A stretch of 64,000 bases of DNA from NCBI GenBank assembly GCA_963840855.1, contig CAWJBB010000007.1:1-64000 (forward strand). The letters are read 5' to 3'. The translations under genes and the position numbers were made by a program. The notes beneath the pieces were generated by a model. The model had not been told where the DNA came from, ran no database searches, and saw only the letters and a list, made by a program, of their open reading frames with translations. The DNA is from an uncultured delta proteobacterium (GTDB lineage Bacteria > Desulfobacterota > Binatia > UBA9968). This document shows positions 50,747 through 59,752 of this stretch, piece after piece (position 1 is the stretch's first letter; the number at the start of each line of letters is the position of its first letter).

Positions 50747-51775
50747 ATGAGGGAAAAGTCACTGGAACAAATGGGACTTAGCGATCTACGCGCTCTGGCG
50801 CGCGAGCGCATGCCCGCCGAGGCATGGCATCATTTCAACGGCGCCGCGGAGACCAGGGCGACCTTTTACAGAAACCCGCGCGCGTTTCAAAAGTATCTCT
50901 TTCGCCAGAGAATTTTTCACGACGTGACCGAACCGGATATTTCCATCGAACTATTCGGCCGCAGGCTGCCGATCCCCGCTATCACGGCGCCGGTGGGGAG
51001 CTTCAGCCTTATCGGTAAGGAAACTGAACGGGAAGTAGCGGAAGGGACGGCGAACGTCGGCGCGATGATGTTTACCAGCCAGGCGGCCAAGTTCGATCCC
51101 AAAGGCTGGCGCCAAGCGGCCAAGTCGCCGCTAGTTTTCATGGCCTACATGAACCGCGGCAAGGAAGAGGTGAGCGAGTACGCGAAGACGGCTCAAGACT
51201 TGGACTTCGCGGCGGTAGGGATAACGATGGATACGGTGAAACCGGTCAAGATCGGCGATGAAGTACCGATGTCTACGAAAGATGGCAAGCCCCGCAAGGG
51301 TCACAAGTCGACTCTCAAGGACATCGAGTGGCTGAAGCAACAGGTAAATCTCCCGGTTGTGGTCAAGGGAATCATGGGCGCCGACGACGCCCGGGGCGCG
51401 GTTAATGCCGGCGCGGACGCCGTGGTGGTCTCGAATCACGGCGGCAGGATTCTCGACTTCAATCGAGCGGCGCTGGAGGCGCTGCCGGAAGTCGTCGAGG
51501 CGGTCGGCGACAGAGTGCCGGTGATACTCGACAGCGGTGTGCGCAGCGGCGGCGATATCGTAAAAGCGCTGGCGCTTGGCGCCACGGCGATTCTTGCGGG
51601 CCGTCCGGTGGCCTGGGGCGTAGCGGCCTTCGGCGCGCGTGGCGTCGAACGGGTTTTCGCGATTTTCGAAGAAGAGATGAAACGCGTGATGTGCATGACG
51701 GGAGTAGCCAAAGTCAGCGAAGTGACCAAATCGATTCTATTTCGCGACGAGACCGGGGAGGTACGCCGATTATGA
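50747..51775 (+). CDS. FMN-dependent alpha-hydroxy-acid oxidase family protein
   Basis: ITAPVG, TMD, PVVVKGI, VVVSNHGGR, DSGVRSGGDIVKALALGA. Confidence 0.9.
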   Translation: MREKSLEQMGLSDLRALARERMPAEAWHHFNGAAETRATFYRNPRAFQKYLFRQRIFHDVTEPDISIELFGRRLPIPAITAPVGSFSLIGKETEREVAEGTANVGAMMFTSQAAKFDPKGWRQAAKSPLVFMAYMNRGKEEVSEYAKTAQDLDFAAVGITMDTVKPVKIGDEVPMSTKDGKPRKGHKSTLKDIEWLKQQVNLPVVVKGIMGADDARGAVNAGADAVVVSNHGGRILDFNRAALEALPEVVEAVGDRVPVILDSGVRSGGDIVKALALGATAILAGRPVAWGVAAFGARGVERVFAIFEEEMKRVMCMTGVAKVSEVTKSILFRDETGEVRRL

Positions 51776-52329
51776 GCTGGGTGTTTTGGGGCATTATTTT
51801 GGTATTTGCAGGCTGGGTCATCTGGACCTACAACGGACTGGTGGCGCTGCGAAACCAGTTGCAAAATGCCTGGAAACAAATCGACGTGCAATTAAAACGC
51901 CGCTACGATCTGATTCCCAACCTGGTGGAAACTGTCAAGGGCTACATGAAGCACGAGCAGGACACGCTGCAGAAGGTCATCGAGGCGCGCAGCAAGGCGA
52001 TGGCATCGACGGGAGTCAAGGAGTCCGCCGAAGCGCAAAGCGCGCTATCCCAGTCCCTCGGAAAAATCTTTTTGCTCATGGAAAACTATCCAGACCTGAA
52101 GGCCAACCAGAACGTATTGCATCTGCAAGAGGAGCTGACGACGACGGAAAACCAGATCGCCTTTTCGCGCCAATATTACAATGATCTCGTCATGCGCTTT
52201 AACATGCAGCAGGAAGTGTTTCCCGCGAACATGATCGCGTCTTTTTTCCGGTTCCAGCCGAGTGAATTTTTCAACGTTGCCGAACCTGAAAAGAGCGTCC
52301 CACGGGTCAATCTCACGTTGCCGGCTTAA
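51772..52329 (+). CDS. lemA: LemA family protein
   Basis: YNGLV, NAWKQIDVQLKRRYDLIPNLVETVKGY, ENYPDLKANQN, TENQIAFSRQYYN. Confidence 0.95.
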   Translation: MSWVFWGIILVFAGWVIWTYNGLVALRNQLQNAWKQIDVQLKRRYDLIPNLVETVKGYMKHEQDTLQKVIEARSKAMASTGVKESAEAQSALSQSLGKIFLLMENYPDLKANQNVLHLQEELTTTENQIAFSRQYYNDLVMRFNMQQEVFPANMIASFFRFQPSEFFNVAEPEKSVPRVNLTLPA

Positions 52330-52344
52330 TCGAGGGATCAGTTT

Positions 52345-52635
52345 CTGGAGCCGCGCAAGCCTCAAGATTTCGCCGCCCGCCAGGCGCGCAACGCCCGAGC
52401 CAGCGGCGTCATCGTTTTTTGCTTTCTGATTTTTTTTCTGCTCCTCGGGCTGTCGGTCGACTACGTGTATCTAGGCGCCTTTACAGCGGGCGGCCCGCGC
52501 TTTCCCATCGCCACCGCAAGCGCGCTCATTTTCGCGCTCGTCATGACGCTCACGGCCTATGGCTTTGGCGGCAATCTGATCCTTGCTTCCGTCGGCGCAG
52601 AAAGTCTGGACATCAAGGTTCCTGAACATCGCGAC
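52345..52635 (+). pseudogene. N-terminal part of M48/HtpX-like membrane protease, cut off at poly-C junction
   Basis: QDFAARQARNARAS + two TM helices + GGNLILASVGA...PEHR, typical lemA-htpX order; HExxH domain absent. Confidence 0.65.
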
Positions 52636-52657
52636 TCAAAGTTTACGAAACTCCTAT

Positions 52658-52720
52658 ACTTCCTCCCTACCCCCTCCCCCCCAACCCCCCCCCCCCCCCC
52701 CCCCTCCCCCCCCCCCCCGC
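52658..52720. repeat. Poly-C low-complexity tract, probable assembly artefact
   Basis: About 60 nt nearly pure C, interrupting a gene. Confidence 0.85.
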
Positions 52721-53009
52721 TCAATCGCGGCCAAATGCGGCGGTATAAGGATCATCAAAGACGAGTCCAATTGAATAAAATGGGCGCGGACGCGATCATC
52801 AAAAAGATTCCCCAGGTTTATGAAAACCCCGAGTCGTGGGTCGTAAAGGGCACCCAGGGGATGATGGCCTATCCGGGCATGGTCGATGATTCGGCGGACG
52901 GACTCGAGCCTAGTTTGGGTGGGGTGGTCGCGACGATCTTGCAAACCCTCCTGCGCGCGGTATTAGGCGTTTAACCGGGCGTCATACCGCGCCCGTGCCG
53001 CGCGGCAGA

Positions 53010-53396
53010 TCACGTCTGAGACAATGACACCAGATCAATTTCCACCAAGGCATTGCGCGGCAATTCGGCCACAGCGACGGTAGAACGGGCCGGCTTGGAG
53101 TTGCCAAGATATTCCGCGTAGACCTCGTTCATGGCGGCAAAATCGGCCATATTCTTCAGGAACACCGTCGCCTTGACCACCTGACTCATCGATGATCCAG
53201 AAGCCGCCAAGACCGCTTTGAGATTTTCCAACACCCGGCGTGTCTGTTCCTTAATGCCGCCTTCAACGAAATTGCCGGTCTCCGGGTCGATGGGGATCTG
53301 ACCGGCGGTGTAAACGAAACCGTTGGCTTTGATCGCTTGCGCGTAGGGGCCGATCGCCTTGGGCGCGTGATCGGTGTTGAAAGCTTCTCGTGCCAT
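53010..53396 (-). CDS. ridA: RidA/YjgF family enamine deaminase
   Basis: APKAIGPYAQAI, AGQIPIDP, FAAMNEVY, PARSTVAV, VEID. Confidence 0.92.
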   Translation of the reverse strand: MAREAFNTDHAPKAIGPYAQAIKANGFVYTAGQIPIDPETGNFVEGGIKEQTRRVLENLKAVLAASGSSMSQVVKATVFLKNMADFAAMNEVYAEYLGNSKPARSTVAVAELPRNALVEIDLVSLSQT

Positions 53397-53545
53397 TTTT
53401 TTCTCCTTTTTTCGGCGCGCTGCACCCATGGTAGCGCAGCGGGGCAAGGCATCGCAAACAGGTTGGCGCCGCTTGGGTTTCTCTTGCGCGCTGAAAGCTA
53501 ACCGTCCTATGATGGCCGCGCAATCGCGGCGATCAAGGAGGCAGC

Positions 53546-54982
53546 ATGAAAGCAGCGGCGATTCTCTTCGCGGTTCTGTTACCAGCTTCGTTAGCGTGGT
53601 CCCACGGCCCTGGTCACGACTCCGAATCATTCTTGGGCGCGCCATTTTGGGTCTGGGGCGTAGGCCTGGGGCTTTTGGCAAGTGTTGCGGCGGTTCTATA
53701 TTTTCAAGCCAAGCGCGGCAGGCTTGGCGGCGAGCGCTTTAGGGGATTTAGCCGAAACGCCAAGCTGTTGCTGATTCGCAGTCCCTTCAGCGGCCTTTCG
53801 GTGAGCCTGCTCCGGCTGCTTTTTAATCTGTATCTTCTCGCCGTCGGGTTCGATCTCCTCTTTGTCGCGAAGTTCGCGGCCATCAACTGGACCTTTCACG
53901 GGCTCTCTGTCATTCCGGCGGGAATCCTTTCCGACTTGTTCGGCCGCCGGCGCGTTTTTCTGATCTCCTACGCCGGCAATCTATTGACCACGACGGCGAT
54001 TATCTTTGTCACTGACCCCCAATGGCTGCTGATATTGGCGGGGGTCATCGGCTTTTTCGAAGGAGGTCACGCCATCGTCGGCCCGCCATTCATGGTGGAG
54101 CAGAGCAAACCCAGTGAGCGCGTCAATCTCTTTAGCCTCAACGGCGGCATCCAGGTCGCCGCGGCGAGCGTCGGCAACCTGGCTGCCGGCGTATTGCCGC
54201 TGGTGTTTGCGTCGCTATTTCACATCGGCCCCGAAAGCGAGTGGGCGCGCCGCGCCGCTTTGCTCTGCGCGGTACCGATCATGTTCTGCTCGGTAATTCC
54301 CATCTATTTGATCAAAGAAGAGTGGAAGCCCATCGATATCCGGCGCTGGTTCAAAGACATCGAAAACTACCCGCGCATCGGGATGCTGGCGTTAACCGAG
54401 GGGTTGATCGGTCTCGGGTTGGGATTTTCGGCGCCGTTTTTCAACGTGTTCTTCGAACAGCATCTCGGAGCGTCGACGCTTCAGATCGGCGCCATCTTCG
54501 CCACCGCGTCGGTTCTAACGGCGATCATGACGATATTTATTCCTTACCTGGTGGCGCGCCTGGGGCGGGTGCGCACCGTAACGTTTGTGAAGCTCGCCGG
54601 GCTGCCGGCGCTCATTATGCTGGGCATGTCTCACGACATCGTTTGGGCGGGCGTATTCTACGTGCTCGCGATTCTTTTCATCGGCGGGCCGTATCCGAAC
54701 AAAGGCATTTCCGATCCGATATACACACTTTTTGCGATGGAAGTCGTCAAAGAGCGCGAGCGCGGCACGACCAACGGCATCATGCACGCCTTTGTCGAAT
54801 TTCCCATGGGAATCGGCGCGGGGCTAGCGGGCTCGTTCATGGCGGTGGGAGATTGGCAATCGGCCTACGTTCTGGGCGGGACGATCTTCGGCCTCGCGTT
54901 TGTTCTTTACTATCTCTATTTCGCCCGGCTCGATGTGCCGGAGGCTGGGTTAGAGCCGGCGACTGCAAGGAGTCGGGCCTAG
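53546..54982 (+). CDS. MFS transporter
   Basis: GILSDLFGRRR motif A, more than 12 hydrophobic segments. Confidence 0.88.
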   Translation: MKAAAILFAVLLPASLAWSHGPGHDSESFLGAPFWVWGVGLGLLASVAAVLYFQAKRGRLGGERFRGFSRNAKLLLIRSPFSGLSVSLLRLLFNLYLLAVGFDLLFVAKFAAINWTFHGLSVIPAGILSDLFGRRRVFLISYAGNLLTTTAIIFVTDPQWLLILAGVIGFFEGGHAIVGPPFMVEQSKPSERVNLFSLNGGIQVAAASVGNLAAGVLPLVFASLFHIGPESEWARRAALLCAVPIMFCSVIPIYLIKEEWKPIDIRRWFKDIENYPRIGMLALTEGLIGLGLGFSAPFFNVFFEQHLGASTLQIGAIFATASVLTAIMTIFIPYLVARLGRVRTVTFVKLAGLPALIMLGMSHDIVWAGVFYVLAILFIGGPYPNKGISDPIYTLFAMEVVKERERGTTNGIMHAFVEFPMGIGAGLAGSFMAVGDWQSAYVLGGTIFGLAFVLYYLYFARLDVPEAGLEPATARSRA

Positions 54983-54987
54983 TCGCA

Positions 54988-55182
54988 ATGATGAGACTCC
55001 TTACGGCGCACAAAATTTTGATCGCCACGGCGGTGATCTTTTTCGTCTTCTTCGCGCTGTGGGAATTACGCAATCATGCCAACACCAACGATGGCTGGGC
55101 GGTGTTTCGCGCCGCTTTGTACTTTCTGGTGGCCATCGGCTTTGGAGTCTATTTCAAGAATCTGAAACGATGGTATAAATGA
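54988..55182 (+). CDS. Small two-helix membrane protein
   Basis: MMRLLTAHKILIATAVIFFVFFALWE...GFGVYFKNLKRWYK, tightly between co-oriented genes. Confidence 0.65.
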   Translation: MMRLLTAHKILIATAVIFFVFFALWELRNHANTNDGWAVFRAALYFLVAIGFGVYFKNLKRWYK

Positions 55183-55201
55183 GCCTAGTGCGCATGGAAA
55201 A

Positions 55202-55483
55202 ATGGAACCCTCGCCGTTTTTAGTCGAAGTGTCCGACGAAGAGGTCCGCGGCGAGCGGCGCAAAGCGCGGGAGCTGCGCACCAGCCAGTGGTGGAAGCGC
55301 AGGCGCGCCGCCGGCATCTGCCATCACTGCGGCGCGAAATTTCCGCCCAAGGAATTGACTATGGACCACCTCGTCCCGCTCATCCGCGGCGGCAAGTCGA
55401 CCAAGGGCAATTTGGTGCCAAGCTGCAAGCAGTGTAATATCGCGCGCAAGCACCGCTTGCCTTTTGAAGACCAACGGGCATAG
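55202..55483 (+). CDS. Small HNH endonuclease
   Basis: CHHC...TMDHLVPLIRGG...NLVPSCKQCN. Confidence 0.88.
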   Translation: MEPSPFLVEVSDEEVRGERRKARELRTSQWWKRRRAAGICHHCGAKFPPKELTMDHLVPLIRGGKSTKGNLVPSCKQCNIARKHRLPFEDQRA

Positions 55484-55541
55484 ATCTCGAATCGATGGCG
55501 ATGGCTCCGTGGTGTCGGGAACTTTTAATGGAGAGCCCATT

Positions 55542-56279
55542 ATGAGTACGGAAACTTTATTGGTGCGCACGATGTCTGATACGGTGGAGACGGATATTCA
55601 CAGAGTGTTGACGATCGCCAACGAATTGTTGCCCCGTTATGACCGGGCGCCGCTGTCTTTCGAGCAGCTGAGAAAAATCGCCGATGGCCCGTTCGACTTG
55701 TTTCTGATTCCGCTGATCTTCAGCAAAGAGTTTGCCATCGACCGTAACTTGCCCTTCAACGAAGCCAAGCGTGTAGAAATTCGCAGACAGGCGCTGGAGA
55801 TCGCGCGCAAGCACGGCTTCGATATGAACCCGCCGGGTTTTATCCCGGGCATCGAGGAATCGTTAAGAGAAACCAAAGACGCCGGGCTGCGCAACGTCCT
55901 CATGACTACCGGTGGACGCCGTTACAAACACCAGGCGATGGAGAAAGCCGGCATCGGCGGCTACTTCGACGAGATCGTCGACCGCGACGAAACCTATTAT
56001 GCCAAGGAACAGGGCCTCTATTATCTTTACCGCAAACAAAAGTCTCCGCGCCTGCGCATTATTCTACTCACAGGCACAGCGAGCTATATACGCGCCGGCA
56101 AAAACGCCGACGGCTGCAAAGTCGGCAGTTCCGAGCTGGAAGTGGTCACCGTAGCGCTATCGACCGCGCACGCGTACAACGATGAGGAGACGCTAGGAGC
56201 CGCGGGCCCGAAAATGCTCATTCATCGCTACGATGAACTGTTACCGAGTTTGGCGGGCATGAATCTTTTGGCCGCTTAA
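55542..56279 (+). CDS. HAD-fold protein lacking the canonical catalytic aspartates
   Basis: IPGIEESL, LMTTGG, GIGGYFDEIV, AK and AAGPKMLI resemble the HAD core; motif I reads RTMSDT. Confidence 0.6.
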   Translation: MSTETLLVRTMSDTVETDIHRVLTIANELLPRYDRAPLSFEQLRKIADGPFDLFLIPLIFSKEFAIDRNLPFNEAKRVEIRRQALEIARKHGFDMNPPGFIPGIEESLRETKDAGLRNVLMTTGGRRYKHQAMEKAGIGGYFDEIVDRDETYYAKEQGLYYLYRKQKSPRLRIILLTGTASYIRAGKNADGCKVGSSELEVVTVALSTAHAYNDEETLGAAGPKMLIHRYDELLPSLAGMNLLAA

Positions 56280-56442
56280 AACAATTGCACGCACAGGTGT
56301 TAGGATTTTCGGATCCACTGGTATTCTAGAAAATTTTCAGGCTTAAAAACTTCGCTTCAAGTCGCAATTCAGGCCACCCCTAACCGCGGCCTTGCGGTTT
56401 GAATTTACGGCAAGCCGGGCCCACGCAAGAAATTCAGCCTCT

Positions 56443-57069
56443 TTAGGAAATGGCAAGGTTTGGATGGAGCCTGGGAAGTTCCTCACTCAAGAATTTAAAA
56501 TCAGTCGAAAACAAATTGTATCCTGGCAAATCTGTCAACGGTACGAAGCGTATTTCCTTAATTTCAGGCGAACAAGGTTTGAAGTCGCCGAGACTCAAAG
56601 CTTTTCTCAAGGCGGCAAACCCCTCAACTGGAACGCAGCGAAAATAAAAGTCCAGCCTGTAAGGGCCGGGTTCTTCCGCGACATAGGGAATAGCGTCGAT
56701 ACGAAGGAGTCTGATCACGCTTATTTCGATGCCGAGTTCCTCCGATATTTCACGGCGTAGCGCGGATTCAATCACATTGTCCGGTAAATTGTCATTGCTT
56801 GGCTGCTTCGGGTCTCCGGGAGTCGATTCGAGGGATCCCCCCGGCAGACCCCATGCACCCCTTGGCCGATAACTATGCTCAACCAGAAGTATTTCAGGAG
56901 GCGCGGTGCTCTCGTCGATCATGACGGCAACCGCTCCGACCAGCCAGTTCCGGGAGAGCAATCCCTTCAAAAACCCGGCCAGCCGCGGCGGAAACAGCCG
57001 CCAAACGAGCAAAGTCAACCGATGAAGATTGGGGCGGTGTTCTATGAAACGCGTGAGTCGAGTCCACAT
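56443..57069 (-). CDS. NUDIX hydrolase
   Basis: VGAVAV, ILLVEHSY, WGLPGG...ESALRREISEELG. Confidence 0.82.
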   Translation of the reverse strand: MWTRLTRFIEHRPNLHRLTLLVWRLFPPRLAGFLKGLLSRNWLVGAVAVMIDESTAPPEILLVEHSYRPRGAWGLPGGSLESTPGDPKQPSNDNLPDNVIESALRREISEELGIEISVIRLLRIDAIPYVAEEPGPYRLDFYFRCVPVEGFAALRKALSLGDFKPCSPEIKEIRFVPLTDLPGYNLFSTDFKFLSEELPRLHPNLAIS

Positions 57070-57154
57070 GCTTGTTTCTCTACTATAGGGACATTAGGAG
57101 TACAATAATCCGTTCCTTCGTTGTAAACTTATCGAAGAATTCCGGAGGGGTTTA

Positions 57155-57709
57155 ATGGACGGGGTGAAATGCTTTCTGGCGGGACGTGTTGTCGTTAAGG
57201 TGGGGGACATCACCAAGGAACAAGCCGATGCTATCGTCAATGCGGCGAATGGTTCCTTGTTGGGTGGGGGCGGCGTCGATGGCGCCATTCACCGGGCGGG
57301 CGGCCCGGCTATCTTAGAGGCATGCAAAGAAATTCGCCGCGTCGACTATCCCGGCGGCTTGCCCACGGGACAGGCGGTGGTGACCACGGCGGGAAGGATG
57401 GCGGCAAAGCATGTGATCCACACGGTGGGGCCGGTTTACGGCCGCGGCGGTGCCGACAAGGCTGAATTACTGACTGCCTGCTATCGAAATTCGTTGAGAC
57501 TGGCAGCGCAGAAGAGGCTTAAGACCATCGTATTCCCGGCGATCTCCACGGGAGTTTATGGCTATCCGCTGGACGAGGCGGCACGCGTGTCATCAGGAGC
57601 TATTGAAGCGTTTCTCAAGGCCGACAAATCGATCCAAGAAGTCCGGCTGGTTTTCTTCAGCCAGTCGGATGTGGATATCTTCTTGCAGCACCAGGCGTTT
57701 TCGGAATAG
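57155..57709 (+). CDS. Macrodomain protein (O-acetyl-ADP-ribose deacetylase, YmdB-like)
   Basis: GDIT, AIVNAAN.SLLGGGGVDGAIH, VIHTVGP, FPAISTGVYGYP. Confidence 0.93.
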   Translation: MDGVKCFLAGRVVVKVGDITKEQADAIVNAANGSLLGGGGVDGAIHRAGGPAILEACKEIRRVDYPGGLPTGQAVVTTAGRMAAKHVIHTVGPVYGRGGADKAELLTACYRNSLRLAAQKRLKTIVFPAISTGVYGYPLDEAARVSSGAIEAFLKADKSIQEVRLVFFSQSDVDIFLQHQAFSE

Positions 57710-57779
57710 AAGGAGGCGGGAGGCAACAGGCTAGAGGCGTAAGGGTGCAAGGCAATAGAGCGCTCAACCCGCGGCGGCC

Positions 57780-59213
57780 ATGAGTAGAATGAACGGATCC
57801 ATAAAACCCACAAGAATCGGCATCGAGGGGGTATTTTATTCGCTGGCGCATGCGCCGGATTTGGTTCGGTTTGGCTCGAAACCGGCACGCGAAATTGCCG
57901 CCCATCCCGAGCTTGGGGAAGCGCTCAAAAGCAAGCTCAGAAGTTTCAGTGCCGCCGTGGCTTATGCGCCGCATCAAGTTTACATCGGCAACATCACGCC
58001 GAACGAACTGAGCGGCTTGCCGATGCCGTGGTACGAAAAGCTAATTGAAGGCGCTACGGCACAGGGGCTCTTCGGCGACCTCGTAGACCAGAAAGTGTTT
58101 TATTCCATGCTCCTCGCAGCGGATCAATTCGAGCTGGTAACGCTGGAAGAAGAATGGTTTAACGATCGCGGCCCGGTCCGGCGCAACGGCCGCAAAGCGC
58201 GAGTCCAGCCGCTCGCAGGCATCCACGCCCTGTGTGACAAAGGCGCGCTGCCGCTTTACTCGGGTGCTAGGCTCACCGGCGCTTTCGCGGCGGCGCATGC
58301 GGAGGACGCCAATCTCAGCGCCGATGTCTTGCTGGAAAATCTCGCTGCGAAAGCAAGCGGGGCGCATGCTCTACGGTCGCTGCTCGCTGGTATGCGAACC
58401 AATCCATCCGATATCGACTACGTGATCAGTTGCTCGGAAGAAGCGGTGGGTGACCGTTATAACCGGGGCGGTGGCAATCTGGCCAAAGCGATCGCCGAAG
58501 AGGCCGGCTGCGAAAACGCCGGCGGCTCAGATACCAAGGCGTTTTGCGCTGGCCCGCTCTACGCGATGGTTCATGGCGCAAGTCTCATTCAATCCGGAGT
58601 TTGCCGCAAAGTCGCCGTTGTCGCCGGCGGATCGCTTGCGAAGCTTGGGATGAAATTCGAATCGCATCTCAAAAACGGCATGCCGGTGCTGGAAGATGTT
58701 CTCGGCAGCTTCGCCGTGGTTCTCGGTCCGCCAAAGAATGGAGAACCCTGCATGCGCCTCGACTCCGCGGCGTTTCATCCCGTGCGTGCGGGCGCTTCAC
58801 CGCAGGCGATGGCCGAGTTCTTGGCGGAAAAGCCGTTGGCCAAGCTCGACATGAAATTAACCGACGTGGACCGCTACGGCGTTGAGTTGCATAATCCCGA
58901 AATCACGGTGCCGTCAGGCAGCGGGGACGTGCCCCTGACTAATTATCGGACACTGGCGGCGCTGGCGGTGATGCGGGGACAGATTCAAAAAAATCAGATG
59001 GCGGATTTCGTCAAATCGCGCGGCATGGTCGGTTATGCGCCGACCCAGGGACATATTCCCTCGGCGATCGTTTATCTGGGCCACGCGCTGAATGCCTTGC
59101 GCAGGGGAGAAATTAAAAACGTATTGTTGATTGCTAAAGGAAGTCTCTTCCTCGGCCGCATGACCCAGTTGTCGGACGGCTGCTCTTTTCTAGTTGAGAT
59201 GAACGGAAATTGA
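57780..59213 (+). CDS. grdC: Glycine/sarcosine/betaine reductase component C subunit beta
   Basis: [85 protein letters not shown]. Confidence 0.92.
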   Translation: MSRMNGSIKPTRIGIEGVFYSLAHAPDLVRFGSKPAREIAAHPELGEALKSKLRSFSAAVAYAPHQVYIGNITPNELSGLPMPWYEKLIEGATAQGLFGDLVDQKVFYSMLLAADQFELVTLEEEWFNDRGPVRRNGRKARVQPLAGIHALCDKGALPLYSGARLTGAFAAAHAEDANLSADVLLENLAAKASGAHALRSLLAGMRTNPSDIDYVISCSEEAVGDRYNRGGGNLAKAIAEEAGCENAGGSDTKAFCAGPLYAMVHGASLIQSGVCRKVAVVAGGSLAKLGMKFESHLKNGMPVLEDVLGSFAVVLGPPKNGEPCMRLDSAAFHPVRAGASPQAMAEFLAEKPLAKLDMKLTDVDRYGVELHNPEITVPSGSGDVPLTNYRTLAALAVMRGQIQKNQMADFVKSRGMVGYAPTQGHIPSAIVYLGHALNALRRGEIKNVLLIAKGSLFLGRMTQLSDGCSFLVEMNGN

Positions 59214-59224
59214 TCGGAGGAGCG

Positions 59225-59680
59225 ATGCTATCAGGTAAAAAGGTTATCGCCATCGGTGAAAGGGACGGCGTCCCGGGACCCGTGATTGCAGAGTGCCTCG
59301 AAGGCGCGGGGCTGGAGGTCGTCTTTCAGGTGACTGAGTGCTTTGTCTGAACCGCCGCGGGCGCGATGAACTTCGAGAACCAAGGAGTCATCAAGCGCCT
59401 GGCGGACCAGTATGGTTCGGAGAATCTAGCGGTGGTCCTGGGCAACGGCGAAGCCAACGGCGTCGAGGTTTTCGCCGAGACTGTGACGCAGGGCGACCCC
59501 AGCTACGCCGGCCCGCTGGCGGGCGTAGCGTTAAAAATTCCCGTGTATCACGTCCTGGAAGAGGAAGTATTGAGCGCGCTGCCGGACAATCTGCGCGAGG
59601 AAAAGCTCCAGCTGTCGTCATTGGTCATCGACGTGGGGCCGATGCATCAGGTACTAAAAACGGCGAGAGAAAAACTCTAA
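59225..59680 (+). CDS. grdA: Glycine/sarcosine/betaine reductase selenoprotein A (Sec at codon 42)
   Basis: [19 protein letters not shown]...TECFV-UGA(59348-50)[11 protein letters not shown]...[20 protein letters not shown]; GGAGG RBS; follows grdC. Confidence 0.95.
59360..59399 (+). promoter_or_regulatory. Bacterial SECIS-like hairpin
   Basis: GGCGC-GATGA-a-CTTC [GAGAACCAA] GGAG-TCATC-aa-GCGCC; loop starts with G 24 nt after the UGA. Confidence 0.75.
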
Positions 59681-59748
59681 GTTCAAAGTTCAACGTTCAA
59701 TGGAAGATTCCGAAGTGACTTTGAACCTGAAACATTGAACTTCGAACC
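59680..59748. repeat. GTTCAA/TTGAAC heptamer inverted array between convergent genes
   Basis: agttcaaagttcaacgttcaatg ... ctttgaacctgaaacattgaacttcgaacc. Confidence 0.8.
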
Positions 59749-59752
59749 GCTG

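Noticed and set aside
52465-52974. Proline-rich 169-aa protein
   Set aside because: The poly-Pro derives from the poly-C tract joining two separate segments
55202-55483. HNH gene as a mobile or defence system
   Set aside because: Small stand-alone HNH with no methylase, integrase or flanking repeats
16738-59748. GTTCAA arrays as CRISPR repeats
   Set aside because: Units are 7-9 nt, with no 23-47 nt repeats separated by unique spacers and no cas genes
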